Shown here one piece after another: positions 38,720-53,106 of a DNA stretch of 64,000 bases (the stretch's first letter is position 1; every line of letters begins with the position of its first letter). A program made the translations under genes and the position numbers. The notes beneath the pieces were generated by a model. It saw nothing but the letters and a program-made list of their open reading frames with translations, had not been told where the DNA came from and did not search any database. This stretch comes from Lytechinus pictus (taxonomy: Eukaryota), in the NCBI RefSeq assembly GCF_037042905.1, contig NC_087248.1:15066001-15130000 (forward strand), in the 5' to 3' direction.

Positions 38720-41700
38720 TTCATGATCTCTCCAAGCCAAGATGATCATAACCAAGTGATTCAGCAGGTTTAAGTTCTACCCAGCCACAGGATCAAGGAC
38801 AGCATTGACAATTTTTAAGTGTTGAGGAATAGTTCAACTTCTTGGACGGACCTTATTATCTGGGAATGAGAACATGTCTTGAACTTCCAAAAAAGTGTTG
38901 AAGATCTATAACAGCATCAAATCTTCCATATAGATGTGCCAAAAAATTGAGTGTAGCTCTTTGTTGCTATGGCAGGTTTTATTTTGGCAATCTGATAAAA
39001 ATTTTAACTTTTTCAAGGTACTTTATTTCCTGAAGTTTTGAACCATGTCTTTTGCCAAGCTTTGCCTATGGTTAAAGCCAAAGGTTCAGTGTAAATCATA
39101 CTTGACATTCCGATCAAGTGTACTTGTCAATTTTTTTCAGCTGTTAATTCTTTGAGAGAATTTGAATTTTGATTTTCTTAGATATCTAGCAGTAAACTAG
39201 CACCATCGGTAATGTTTTTTTCCTCAAAAAGGGCCTTTTGAGCATTTATCTTAAGAATTTAGTGATTGAATAATACAGCGATTCAAAGAAACCGGTAATT
39301 TCCAGTTCACTTCATGTCATGTTTATAACTTGTAAGCAGTTTTATATTTAAAAAAAATAGAACATAGTGACATCAAACTCATTTTCCATATAGCCCAACC
39401 TGCATATTTGTATGCAGGCTGTCTTCAGTGAATTTAAAATGGTAATCAGTGGTCAATAGCAAAAAAAAAGCATTTCATGAAATTCTATCCATAATTCTAT
39501 TTATATCAGAATGTAACCCAATAGTGTCACTCTTGAAATTCAAATGAAAACAGTTTTGATGGTTTTAATAGCTTTTATTGTCAGTTTCGGAAAGCAAATT
39601 GTACATATGATTGTAACAAGTTAACAAAATGATTTTCTCCTATTTCAATTCTCCACTCACTTTGTAATCAATATTATTGCATTTAGATGGAGGGGAATCC
39701 AACCCAAAATGAGAATTTATTTTAATTTAAAAGAAAAGAAACCAGAGGAGCAGATAGGTGACAGTTATGTTTTGTTTTCATTTTTTTTCACAAAATGAAT
39801 TTCGAAGTTGTGAAAAGTTATTAAGGTAAAGAGGCTCCGGAGAAACCACAAATTCCTGATTAACAAATACTCAGAAATGTGGGAGATGTCCCTACCACTT
39901 GTCACTATCTACTCAAGAAAATATTGCTATTTTGAGACCGAGTGAATAATGTACAAAATTAGTGATCTCATCATGTTTAAAAAAACTCTAAATCTTCAAC
40001 AGATTCTCCTCTTTCACCATTCTGCATTTCACATTATTTTCCTTTCACACAAATCATTTTAAATATGTTAGATTCCCTTTTAAAGTCACATTCTGCTTTT
40101 GTAGGATCTGTTCAGCAAGTCAAATGTCTGGCCAGGCTTGGCCGCCACACATTCATGGGACTTGTGTTTTATGATGCTAGGTTTTCCATTCAGATTTCTC
40201 AATAATGTGTGGACAAATCAATTTCATTTTTATTGTTAATCTCATCTGTTTGATGATTCAGACAAGAAACAATAAATGTTTACTTTTATAAAGATATTTC
40301 TGGGTGATGTTTTTTTTTAAATCACTGTGGGACATAATGAATAAAGATGATGAACAGATACATGTTCGAAGAGATAAGAAAAGCAAATAATAGGGAGAGA
40401 GAGATGGGGAAGATTGCAAAATGCATGACAGAGAGGGAGAAAGAGGAGAGAAATAGAGTGGATGGTCTGCTTGAATGAAAGCATACTGAGGTTTTGGTAG
40501 ATGATACATTCATTAATTTCTTTTCATATCAGATTTCTTTTATAATGGGTATACTTTTCTTGCTTTATTCCAAATCCAGCTTTCCATTTCAAACCCTTCT
40601 CTCATGTGTGTCGTTTTACTCTCAATCTCATGCACTCTCATTTTCTAAATGCATTTTTTTCTTAACACTGTAATGTCTCGGTTACACCAACTAATGACTC
40701 ATCAATACTGCATGGTTGCAGAGTTTAAATCTGCATCATTAGTTTGCTCGTGTGACTGAGGCACAGAACAGTGTTCAGAGATGATGAGACAAATCATATC
40801 AAAATACTAACAAACACACATATCATTCAAGTCTTGAAAAGTGATTGATTGTTGTACAGACAACAATATTTGATAATGGTGAATGAATGATAATGGTGAT
40901 GATGATGAATGATATCATGGTGATAATGATGATGATAATGGTGATGAACGATGATGATCATCATCATCATGGTATAAATAATGCCATTCTTTCCTATCCC
41001 CCAAGTCCATCAAACCATTGTCTTATTAATAAGAATAAAAAAATACTTTGCCATAGCATCAATTGATATATTTCTTTAAATGCATCTAAGTACAATAAAC
41101 TTAGTGTATACTTTATTGTTCACAGAACATATATCAACATACAGTAAATACATGTAATGTACTATCAGGTACTTGCAAATTCAATTGCAATGCAATCAAG
41201 TTCTGAACATTTTTTCAGAAATCAGAAGCATTAAAACATTGCATTTTATTCATATAATTTCAAATTTTATACGGTTTAAAGATGCATCCCTTTCAAGTTC
41301 ACACATTCCTCGGATCTTTTTACATCATAAAGTAAAATTTGAAAATAAACCTGATTTATCAACAGTCTTGTATCTTTTTTTTTTTTTATAGAATAGGTAA
41401 CCAAAATTCTTTTATCTACAAATAGTGGTCCTCAAACTCTTGACCAATTCACCATTAGTAATTCACATTTCCTTAGGCATATCCAGAACCCCCATATTCC
41501 CATTCTCACCAGTTTTATAACAAGTATACAAAAAGATTACTTTCTCCTTCTATACCTCAAATAAGTTTGAATACATAAAACAATCTGTTATTTATTAAAT
41601 GCTCTGGAATGCACAAAATATCACAAAAGTACATGAGCATAGAAGGAATACAGTGAAATTTGATAACAGAAAATATGAATATAGTGAGATACAGATACAA

Positions 41701-43910
41701 ATACATGCTCTGGAATTCGGAAGACTACAAAATGTGACTGCAAAGCAGCGACGGCCTATATACTCCCATCTTGTGTTAGTTCTTGATTTCTCTTGACGAA
41801 AAAACCCACACCAAATCTAGTAAAAAATAAACAAGAACAAATGCAAGACCGAGGTGGTGACTGCTTCACAGACTTTGTAGTATTTGGCATCAGATGTATT
41901 TCTGATGATTCATGTAAAAGCACAGACAAAAGCTTCAGCCCAGATTAAAGGCTACACATAGGGCTCTATGGGGCTCCATTGCACAAAAAATTGTGTTTAA
42001 ACTTATTTTACAGATCATCATACTCAGATCCCAAATGGGTGCTTCTGATTGGTAAAAAATCAAACTGCGATTGATCTTTGGACTTGCGAGTGATTCCAAC
42101 TCTTTCAGCAATGGACCCCATAACATGTATGCTTTTAGTATAATTCACACATACATGTAAGAAGTGGTAAATCAGTTAAACTTAAAATTTATTAAACATA
42201 AATCAATCTATATAAAGATACATTGCATCCAGGCAAAATTGTTCGTGTACTTAATTCATTTCATTTGAAGGTTATAAAGTTTCCTTTCAGTAAGTTCAGA
42301 AATAATTTTCTCTGTATAATTCTAAAACATGGAGGAAGATAAAGAAAGGATGAGATAAGATGTGAGTTTCTTCAAATATCTACAACCTTTTTCATCAAAA
42401 TTAGTGATAACCTCTCGTATCTATCTCAAACTTAGCAATATCATGTTACACAATATTGCAGAAACTAAAATCTTATTTAGAATGCAATCTAATTTGAAAG
42501 GTACATGTATAGTCATAACCAGCACACATATGAACATATATACAGGTCTGCTATCTCGCTGAATTTGATATTTATTTACTTGTAATGTCTACACTGTACT
42601 TTTTCAATTTATTTGTTTTCAATCATATTTTCTTTTAAAAACCTGATCTCCTTTGGAATGATGAATATCTTACATGTATGAATTACATTATATTGATCAC
42701 GACGACTGGATGAATGAGGCGAATTTACATCAGTTTATGAATTACATTGGTTTGAATGAATTTAGAAGAGTTCAAACAAAGAATACAGGTAAATAGAAAA
42801 AGTTCAATTAATGTAAAGAAGGTCTGCCAAGAGGTTGTTGCTGGTTAAAAGAGTTGTCGGGAAGATAACCAATTAAAAGAGGCCAGACTGTAATGCAGCC
42901 AGTTCCAGGGGCAGATCCAGTGGGCCTACAGTCGCCTTCCCCCTCATACTTTTATAATTAAGGTTTTCATCTTTGAAATATAGTGTCATTTGACATCTTC
43001 ATCTTTGCTTGGCAGAAAATTGTTCCACCACTGTCTGCTTGAGAGGAACCACGGTAGAGAGATGGGAAGACTAGATTTGAATTGAAAGAATACCAAGTAC
43101 CAGCCAAAGCATTCCTGATGAATCCTAGAATCAAATCACTGGATAAATCTGGAAAAAAAAAGGACAGAAAAAAAAAATCATTATCCTCTCAATTACTCAA
43201 TACAGAAATGACACTCGGTGCTTCCAAATTCTTGTAGCCAGCATTTTGAACTGAATCTGATATTTAAAGGGGCATTCATATAGGTGGCTGTACTGTTTAA
43301 TTTTGAAAAAAAGATTAAATTAGTGTTCAAACTGGAGAGTTCCAATAACTACATTGTATGGAGGTGGCCCACAAGATATTTTTTGAAAAATTCTAATTGC
43401 AATTCCACAGCTTTTCACCCTAAACACCTATTTAAAAGTTTGTAATAAGCTCAGTTGTTTGACTCGCTTCGCTGCCAATATATTCTTGAATTGAAACCAT
43501 GATTGGAATGTTTTTTCTTGTTTTCTGCTCGGTTCAGAGGGGGTATCCAACACTATAACAACATCCCTCCCTTCACTTTTTCATTCATAAAAGCAAAATG
43601 TAAGCAGAAAATCAACAGCCTTAATTGCATATAGTCATCTTATCTGCTTGCTGATAAAACCATGTATCTCAAACTTCTGACTTAATTTCAAAATAGTCAG
43701 TCGATTGATTCCTGTCCAGATCCTGGATTTCTTAGCAGCAAAAATAAACCACCACAGTGCGTCAAAGCAAGGTGATCCCAGAGCGAGCTCTCTGAAACAT
43801 TCAACATTTTTTCAGATTTTTATCGACCCGTTCATGATCAACCGTAAAGGTGTCAAACCAACTCACCTATATTGAAATGGAAGGGAAATCTGTCGTTGAA
43901 AGATCAAAGG

Positions 43911-46900
43911 TCAGATTTTGAACCCCAGGGACCTCATGCACTCCTTATGCGCTTCAATTAGATCGCCACACTGTGCTTCTCCTTTCTCCATTATGCTTTG
44001 GAAAAACAAACAGAGAATTACATGAGAGAGATGATGGATAATGGACAATTTGATGAACACAAATGAAAACAAAACAATTTAACCCTCTTCTTTGTCAAAC
44101 AGACAAATACATACATGTAGGGCCTGCATGAAACAACAATTTTTCATTGTATTGAGTTTGGATGTTTCAGCAACATCGCAATTGATATTTTTTGGCTGCC
44201 AGATTCACAGAATGCATGCATGGAACTACGTCACAGCATGTCTGGCAATGTCAACAAGATGTCTTTAATTAGAAAGTGTTGTTTTAATGGTTAAAAAAAA
44301 TATATCACACATACTTAATTAGCCACAACATGTACGTCTGTTTGATGGGGCTTTTTTTAGGATAGTGGAATCCAATCCTGGTTTAAAATATCCACAATCA
44401 GGCCTGCGATAAAGTCTATTATTTCAAGATGAAAAAACTTCCACAATCATCACAGAACTCTATTATACATGTAGCCCCACACCCCACCTCTTCACTGACA
44501 CTATTTATCTTTTATTTATATACCGAGGTTTTTTACCCGACTGCTAAGAAAGCACGAATGCCTGTGAGCAAGCAACCAGGGGACCAACGGCTTAAGGTCC
44601 TTTCCAAGGGACCTGGTAATGAGGATAAATGCCTTACCAAAGGGCACTAGCGCACCACTTGGGAATCGAACCCGGGTCACCGGAATCCGAAACCCCCGCT
44701 CTAACGACGGAGCTATCGCGCCTCCCTTGATTACAAATTGCTTTCTACAGTCATGCATCGTGTGGTTGCGTACTTTGGGATAACATGGTGATTTTTGCTT
44801 CCGCATCACATTGTATATTACGATAGCAATAAGGTATACATTTTCTGACAGGAAACTGCCCAACGGTCATCAAATCTAAAGATGCAATCAGAAATAAAAA
44901 AGATCCTGGCCTACATCTATGCAGATTCTTTATTTGGTCAGGCACAAGATATTACAGTTTTAACGCATGTAGATTTATCATCTACCCACCATCAAATTCG
45001 CAAGAATCCTACTCAGGCCGGCCCCAGGCCATTGGACTAGGAACATCATAATTCTGTTGATAACTTGATATCAGAATTAGTGAATTTGGATAAGAAAAAC
45101 AAAACATTAACCTAGATTTTTTGGGTCTTCTATCATTAATAATGGCGATTGGGCATAATTTAAAAGTAACATTAACATTATTGCCTTTGGCCAGGCACCG
45201 TAAAGAATGTAAAAATTATAAAAATTTATAGCCCTAGATCTAGTACATTTCCAGGCTGGAAAGGGTTCCTTTTGTGACAGTCACCCTAACCCTAAAGCCC
45301 AGCTTTGAAAACAGACGGGAGCGACGAGCGATTCCGCTCTTGTGTGCTTTTGAATCGCTCTCGCAACTGCCTAAAAACTGCCGAGTACGGAGCGACTCCC
45401 AACATGAAAATGGCTCCCGTCCGCGCCCATCCGGTCTCCCATCCACGCTTGCATACATGTACAAGCCAGACAGACTTCTATGCATTGTCACTTTTTGACG
45501 TGTAACTGAGTGTACTTTTTATAGTCACGAGCACGGCGTTTCAGAAAATGCGTATCCAGTTCACTGATACTCCGATATCCCGGAGCACTATTTTTCAAAA
45601 CACTGTGCGGCACCTGTCTTGCCGGAACTTTGATAGAGAAAAATTAATTGTTTTTGAAGATACCAACCTAAATTTGCTAGAAAATAAGTTTGTGTACTCA
45701 GAACAAAATCACAGATTTTTTCATTTTAGCATGTTTTTGGCGACCCCACTTCTTAAATCCTAACTAAGCCACCAGGTACTCTGGAAATATGGTGCGGATC
45801 CCGCAATTTGAAGGGCGAAATTAGGATTTTCAGCCCCGATTTTTGGTTACAGTCAGTGCCTCAGTATATACATGTAAAGGCGTTAATGCAGTTTCATACC
45901 CGCCTGTATTGCAGTAATGATTGACTGTGACCTATGCTACTAGCTGTGCTGGAGTAGGCGTAGCTTAGCTTTTGAAATAAGTTGACATGTTGAGGTAATA
46001 GCTGTCACTGTCAGGCTGCAATGCATTCAATATTTCATAAAATAATTTTCAAGTGAGTTTTTATCAAATAATAAATCAAAAATTATGATAAGGATTTCTC
46101 TGAGCACAAATCCTGTTCAAATTTGATAACCTTCATCTAAATCAATTTGATTGAAAAAGATGTAAAAGAATGTTCAGTTGATTTAATGTGTGATGCACAA
46201 TAAACATTAAATGAACAATAAATTAAATAATCATTTAACAAATTACAATGAAGAAAAAATAAATGTCAATTAAAAAAACAATGTTAAACATTAAATGAAT
46301 TTGTAAACAAGCAGGACAAACAGCGATGCTAAACCATGCGTTGAATCATGAAAAATAGAAATAATGGCTCTGGTAAAATGAAAAATGTCTCTCAAAATTT
46401 TTTCAAAATGGCTCCTTAAAAATAAAAAGTAATTTCAACACGGCTGGCTCGACAGCTGGCAGCCGTCTGCTTCGAGGAGTTTTTTAACATTTTTTTTTCA
46501 TTTCTCCTCGTACACAGACGGCTCGCGGTCTTGCAGCCTCCATCAGGGGGTTAAAAATGCAAAATCCCCCCAACGGTGCTCATCCGTTTTTGTCTTTATT
46601 TCATAAATCATATAAAAAGAACTGGACCAAAATAAAGGTTATTATTCTGTTTTGGCCTGAAATGCACCAAAACTGGACAAAATAAACTTAAAAGGACCAA
46701 AACAGTGACTTAATTCGGCTGTCGCGCAACTTCACTTCCCTGGTTTATCCAAACTTAATGAACATATCAGGGGCCGCGGAAGTGGGGGCTGGTTTTTTTT
46801 CTCCCAAAACCGTGTATAAAAACGTAAAAATTACCATATGATTGTGCTTTTTTGCATGCTCAGCCCCCCCCCCCCCCCACTTTGAAAACCGTTCCGTGGA

Positions 46901-48084
46901 CCCTGCATATGGCCATTGAGTCCCTGTACAGATCGAGTTAGAACTTCGGTCTCTGTAACTAGTGAGTGGAGCCAACAGAGTTCAACGGAACAACCAATAA
47001 AACAGAGTCCGAAGCTTTTGGTCTATGCTAAGGCCTAACCCTTATACAGTAGAGGCGCACGGCCAATATTGGAGACTGTCTCCAATGTGGGAGATTATCT
47101 CCAATATCAGAGACTTTTGTAAAGAATTTGGGTATCCAATTTCAGAGACAGTCTCCAGTTTTGGAGTCCAATTTCCTTTGTTTACATTTGCTGCAAAAGG
47201 ATTACCTTGGCGGCGAATAAAAATGTGATAAGCAGATTCCTCATGAAAAATTACCCCTTTTCACCGTCTACTTTCGTTTTGATAAGGATTTTTGTTGTCA
47301 ATCACACACAAAACAAATGGGCTTCTGAGAATCTGACCTCACGTGCTCAGTGAGACAACATTTTTGGTGGAAAAAATCATGCTTTTGTTGGTGTTGTTTC
47401 TTTTGTCCTTTTGCAAAGCAAGTCTCCAAATAATGTGGGAGATTGTCTCCCCTATTGGCCGTGCGCCTCTACTGTTATATATCCTAACCCTACTCCTAAA
47501 CCTAACCTAATCTGTTCTCTATAGATCTATGGGGGGGGGGGGTTGCACTTTATCGAGTACGGGTAGCTGTCACAAAACTGAAACTCTTCTGTCTTCACTC
47601 CAGTCTGCCAGTGTCGTGTCTGAGCCGCCCGATTCTGAAATAGAAAAATTCATCATCCTACACATGTTGTTTTATAAATTTTGGGCATACACATTGATGA
47701 AATGAGATAATCCAGTAATAAACTGAAATATTGACATAAACAAAGGCTAAGATTTTGATGAAGAAATACAGATAAGGCGCAGCGACCTAGCCCTAGGCCA
47801 GCAACACGAGCACTAGCAGTAGCACAGCCGCCGAAGCAGAGGCGGAGCTTTCTCTCGATTATCGCCTAGTGCCGTAATTTGGGGTGCAGGGCCCGGCCCG
47901 AGTTACCAATCTGACTCGGCCTCGCGCTAGCCGGAGTCGGAGCCAGATTTTGACTGCAATTACTGGAAACTTACCATGCATCTCTGACTTTTTTCGTTTC
48001 TGGACAGGCACAGCATGGTTTCAACTTTGGCTTAGCATCCCCCTCTCCACTCACAGATCCTTCGATTTCTTTCTTATCAGGCAT
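43911..48084 (-). CDS. COX17: Cytochrome c oxidase copper chaperone COX17; coding exons 47975-48084 and 43911-43995; likely 3' UTR intron 43149-43866
   Basis: Spliced translation [64 protein letters not shown]: CC copper site plus twin CX9C. Confidence 0.97.
44518..44725 (-). mobile_element. tRNA-derived SINE (family A, copy 2)
   Basis: High identity to 367-566. Confidence 0.8.
46450..47025. mobile_element. TAGAC-ended element, copy 3, interrupted by a small MITE (46768-46905, TSD CATAT)
   Basis: Similar to 1550-1995; insert has TIR CAGGGGCCGCGGAA/TTCCGTGGACCCTG between CATAT repeats. Confidence 0.7.
47048..47474. mobile_element. Tc1/mariner-like MITE
   Basis: TA-CAGTAGAGGCGCACGGCCAATA ... 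TATTGGCCGTGCGCCTCTACTG. Confidence 0.75.
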
Positions 48085-48479
48085 TTTTGATATTGATCAA
48101 GCCTCCAAAATGTGCCAGAGCAAGAGCAGTGTAGTGGTCACAATATCGTCATACACGAAAATATTACATAATGATGATTTTGCAATACACGTGATGAACT
48201 AGTCTTGTGTTTGAGTCCCTTTAGCCATGGAGCTCCATGCTTTAGCTTGCATGTTCTGCTCAATTGAGTCTTGATCTTTTCTTATTCTGCTCTATTCTCC
48301 CCGCCCCCCTTTTTTTTTGGGGGGGGGGAGGAGCAAGCTATATTCAAAGTTATCACCTTTGCTACTAACTTTAAGTTTTTCAACTGTGGGGGGGGGGTGG
48401 GCAATGGTCCCTCCATCACTTTTGAAATTGACTTAGACTACATGGGAAATAATTCAAGACAGTCTTCAGTCTTTTCAGA

Positions 48480-51400
48480 AGAACTTTGATAATTTTGTGT
48501 GTGATTTAGATTAAGTTGATATTTGGAGGGAAATTAATGGCGTTAATACCTTGGTCACATTTGCTCTATATACGGCGGCCGTACGGCGAGTCGAAAACAG
48601 CCGTTTTAACATTTTTTGTACCAACTACATAGGCCTATAGGTGGTTTTAATTAAAATTAATAAAGGTTGTTTTCGACTTGCCGTACAGCAAATGTGACCA
48701 AGGTATAAGACACAGTATACTTTTAGACAAATTAACCCCTTTATGCAAAGCAGGTTAGATTATTGGTTTATTACCGGGGTTTATTACAGAAAGATTTAGA
48801 AAACTCGTTTTAACATACAGTGATATAATCCCGTCTATATATAGCGCCAGATCACTCGGCGGTTGTATTTCAACTCTGTAGTAAACCCTCTCAGTCATTT
48901 CAAACATCTAAAGGCACTTATTGGAAATTTAACAATAGTCTATGTACAGATGGTGATTTCACTCGACAAATGAAAGAAAAAATTATCAATTTGAAAGAAA
49001 CTTTTAAAAAAGAAATCAAAGATGAAAATGAAAATGAGTAATTTTTCTCGAAAATATTCAAAAGAAAAGGCTGAAAAAACGAAGAGAGATAATTAAAGAT
49101 TTAGAAAAAGAAATTGATGGTATTCAAACGAGATTAGCTACAAATATGAATAAACAAGCAATTTTATTAGACAATACAAAGACAGAATTAAAGGCATGTT
49201 ATGACTATGTGAGCGAAGGTCTTAAAATCAGATCGAGAGCTTCTTTTTATGAAAGTGGGTAAAGGGATACCAGGTACTTTACTCAGTAATGGAATCTAAC
49301 AATAAGAAAACAAATATACGTAAATTATAAGAGATAGAATAACTTTTGATCAAAATGAAATAAAAAATGAAATAGGAACTTTCATAGCATGTTATATGCA
49401 AAGAGAGACGATAAGATCCTTGATGATGATTTTTTCTCCGATGTAACAAAATTATCAGACGAATCGATGAAATAATGTGAAGGGAAAATTACGAAAGGTG
49501 AATGTTTAGCTGCTTAAAAGGAATGAACTTGAATAAATCACCGGGTAATGACGGGCTTAGCGTATAATTTTATTTAGTGTTCAGTGGCCGCTGATTGGGG
49601 ATGTTTTAGTTGATGATTTAAATAATGATTTTATAAGAGGATCGAGAACTTTCGCCATCACAAAGACAAGCTACTATTACTTTAATTCATAAAGAAGGAA
49701 AGGATCCATTACATATTAAACATTGTCGGCCCATCTCACTGTTAAATGTGGACTACAAGATTTTGGCGAAAGGTACTTTCAACAAGAATAAAGGAGGTGT
49801 TGCATGAAAATAATCAATGTCGACCAAGTAAGATATTTAAAAGGAAGGAATATTGGGGAAGCTATTAGACTTATAGATGACATGATCTTTCACTCGGTAA
49901 AAATGATATATCGGCATATCTATTGGCCATTAATTTTGAAAAGGCATTTGATTCTGTTTCACATTGTTTTTTATTTAAAGTATTGCAAACTTTTGGTTTT
50001 GGACCCTCATTTTGTAAATGGATAAGTACTTTGTATAAAAAAGCTGAAAGTTGTGTTTTTAATGGCAGTATTTCAACAGGTTACTTTGATAAAGGGAGAG
50101 GGGTAAGACAAGGAGATCCGTTATTCCTCTATCTCTTTATTTTATGTATTGAAATATTGGCTAACAGAATAAGATTTGAACCAGAAATTCACAGAATTAA
50201 GTTTGGGAATACAGAAGTTAAGCAAATGCTATACGCAGATGATATGACAATTTTTGTAAAAGACACTCAGTCGATTGAAAAGTTAGATATGCTGTTCGAA
50301 TGTTTTGCCGAAACGTCAGGGTTGAGGATGAATAAAGATAAAACCTTTATTATGTTACTGGGACACCATGGAAACATAGATCCAATCTAACCTTTTGGTA
50401 AAGTGGAGCAAATGGTTAGGATCTTAGGTATATTTTTTTCATTAGATAGAGAAAGTCAAGTAATAATAAATTACAAAGAAATACTTAGTAGAATAAAGAA
50501 GATTTTGATGTGGTGGAAGCAAAGGGATTTGACATTAATGGGCAAAATTCAGTTAATTAAAACATTTTTACTATCTAAATTGATATACATTTCTTTTCTT
50601 ATATACCCTTGTCCCGACATGGGTAATATAGGATCTTAATACATTGATCTTTGGATTTTTATGGGGTGGTAAAGATAAAATTAAAAGAGACATTGTTTAT
50701 TTAGATTATGATAATGCTGGTCTAAAAATGACAGATTTTCAGTTATTCATTAAGACACAAAGAATTATGTGGATTTAAAAGACTTATAATGGGAGAGCAA
50801 AAATGAAATAGAAACAATATTTCAGATACTTAGCACACGGTATGAGAGGATTGCTGATTTTTTTTAGTAACCTCACAATGAATTTGATAGGATTTGAATT
50901 GCCGGAATTTTATACAGAAATGTTAGATGTATGGTTTCATAAAAAAAAAAGTTTTTACTTAAAGAAGAGAAGAATAAAAGAAATGAGATCATTTTCAATA
51001 ATAAGTTCATCCGTTTGAAAGGACAAACATATTATAATGAAAAGCTGTTTTTGAAGATTATTTATAAACTCCATCATATTGTAGATAAAGATGGGTAGAT
51101 GAAGTCTATCTCGACCCTTCAAAAAATGGGTTTGGATCGTTTTGAAATAGAAAAGATACTCGATATTCTTAATAACATTCCATACTTTTGGAAGGACTCG
51201 CTGAAAAAAGAGGGTCAAAGTTTCATAGATAGTGAGTTAATTTTGGATTTTCAGTTAAAGGGCAGGATTTTTGACTCGCAAGACATCACATCAAAAATAA
51301 TATATGATACTCTTGTAAGGATGAAAACGGATATACTCCAAGCATTTAAAAAGCTTGAGGAAAAAATAATATAACAAAAAAAGATATTTCTGATATTTTT

Positions 51401-51750
51401 CTAAGACCACGAAAATCCACTCTGAACAGTAAACTCAGAGAATTTCAATATAAAAATTACACAATATGCTATACACAAAAAATATTTATATTTATTTAAA
51501 ATGACAACGGATGATTTATGTTAATTCTGCAGTAAAGAAGAAACATAATATGATCATATTTTTTTTTCTTCATGTGATAAGATAAAAACTATATGGAAGG
51601 AATGTGGGAACATGCTCCAACTCTCTATATTAATAAAACAGGTGTACACTTAGGTGTGGGAGGTTCAACTAGAGGAGAGGCTCGATTATTAAATCACATA
51701 ATAATCCTAATAAAGTATATGATTTAAAAAAATAGTAGAAACACAGGAAC
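48480..51750 (+). pseudogene. Decayed L1/Tx1-type LINE ORF2 (endonuclease, RT, C-terminal Cys motif)
   Basis: Fragments SRLDYWFI, PDHSAV, YWKFNNSL, KSPGNDG, RPISLLNVDYKILAK, FEKAFDSV, GVRQGDPL, YADD with many stops and frameshifts. Confidence 0.88.
48547..48705. mobile_element. Harbinger/Tourist-like MITE inserted in the LINE
   Basis: TIR TACCTTGGTCACATTTGCT/AGCAAATGTGACCAAGGTA with TAA on both sides. Confidence 0.75.
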
Positions 51751-53106
51751 ACAGAGGAACTATTTTTTAGCATTAATCTAATTTGTCGATATAATCAACA
51801 CTGAGAATTTAGTTGAAAAATTAATAATGAGTCTCGTTTATTAATAATTCATCCCATATTAACAAAAGCCCATTTTACAAAACATGTGATCTTCTGATAG
51901 TATATAGTTTAGTATATTAATGAATCTTAATTACTTCATACTTCATCTGACCAAAGAACAAAACGGGTGACTTTCTTTCATTTATTGAAAGAGCAAATGG
52001 ATTACATATACAAAAATGAAATGCTGTAAATCTTCCTAAACAAAACCATCATGACTATAAGTTTTAGTCCCTCAAATAATTTGTAGAATGTTAATACAGA
52101 TGATAATGATGAATGAATAAATAAGTGCATAAATCAATTAATCAATATAAATAGATTATTGAATATAGATAAATATAAAAAATGGGACACTTTTAGTCAA
52201 GGGCGGAAATCTCTCCCAAAGGGGCGGGAAAATTTGATGAGCAAAAAAAAACTTTAAAAAAAAAGGTTATCACCCCCAAAGTAAGGTCATCTCGGTCCAA
52301 AATATATGTTTTATTGCGATTTTGAATGATGTATTTCTTTCCATCATACAAGACCAAAAATAGTAGGGGGACATTTGATATTGTGTCCCCTACTATTTTG
52401 AGTAGGGGCGGGGGGGGGGGACGCGTCCCCCTGTTCCCCCTGGGATTTCCGCCCATGCTTTTAGTGTAGGTATGCTGTACATAAATACACGACATGACAT
52501 AAGACAATAATGCAGTTAAGGAGTTACATTGGTCAAAACGGTCTATCGGAATGGTCGAGGTCTCTTAAAAGAAGGAATCCTACCCAAACGGGAGTGATTT
52601 AACTGAACAAAAACTGAAATACAAGATAAGCAACTGGTAAATGATTGAACGAAATCGGACGAAATATAAGACAGTTATTAATTCATACAATTAGTTGTAA
52701 AGAGTTGCAATCTCTATGTTTGGATTTTCATTGGCATTGACATTAATGGAATGAAAGGAAACAGTTCCCTTTCAAATTTGACAGAGGTTTAAGCAGAATG
52801 CCATTCGTGAAAATCATTCTTGTATTCATTATTTGTAATGGGGAAAGCCCATGCACTCCACATATACGATCCATTGCGATCCGTTTTTGACACCAATGTT
52901 GGCAATCATAACTCACTGCGATCTGGTTGCCGCACCATCACTTTACTTCTTATGCATATAGCTATTCCTCAATTCAATCACCAAAAAGGCTATTTCAAGG
53001 ATTTCTTTGTCGCAATATTACATCTTATATTTTCATCAACCGGATAGCACAGATCGAAAAGTGTGAAACAATTATTGTCTAAACATGCCAAATGACGTCA
53101 TCATCG

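Noticed and set aside
45240-45505. CpG-rich segment with overlapping short ORFs in COX17 intron 1
   Set aside because: No recognisable protein or splice-supported exon; possibly a repeat or regulatory element, but unsupported.
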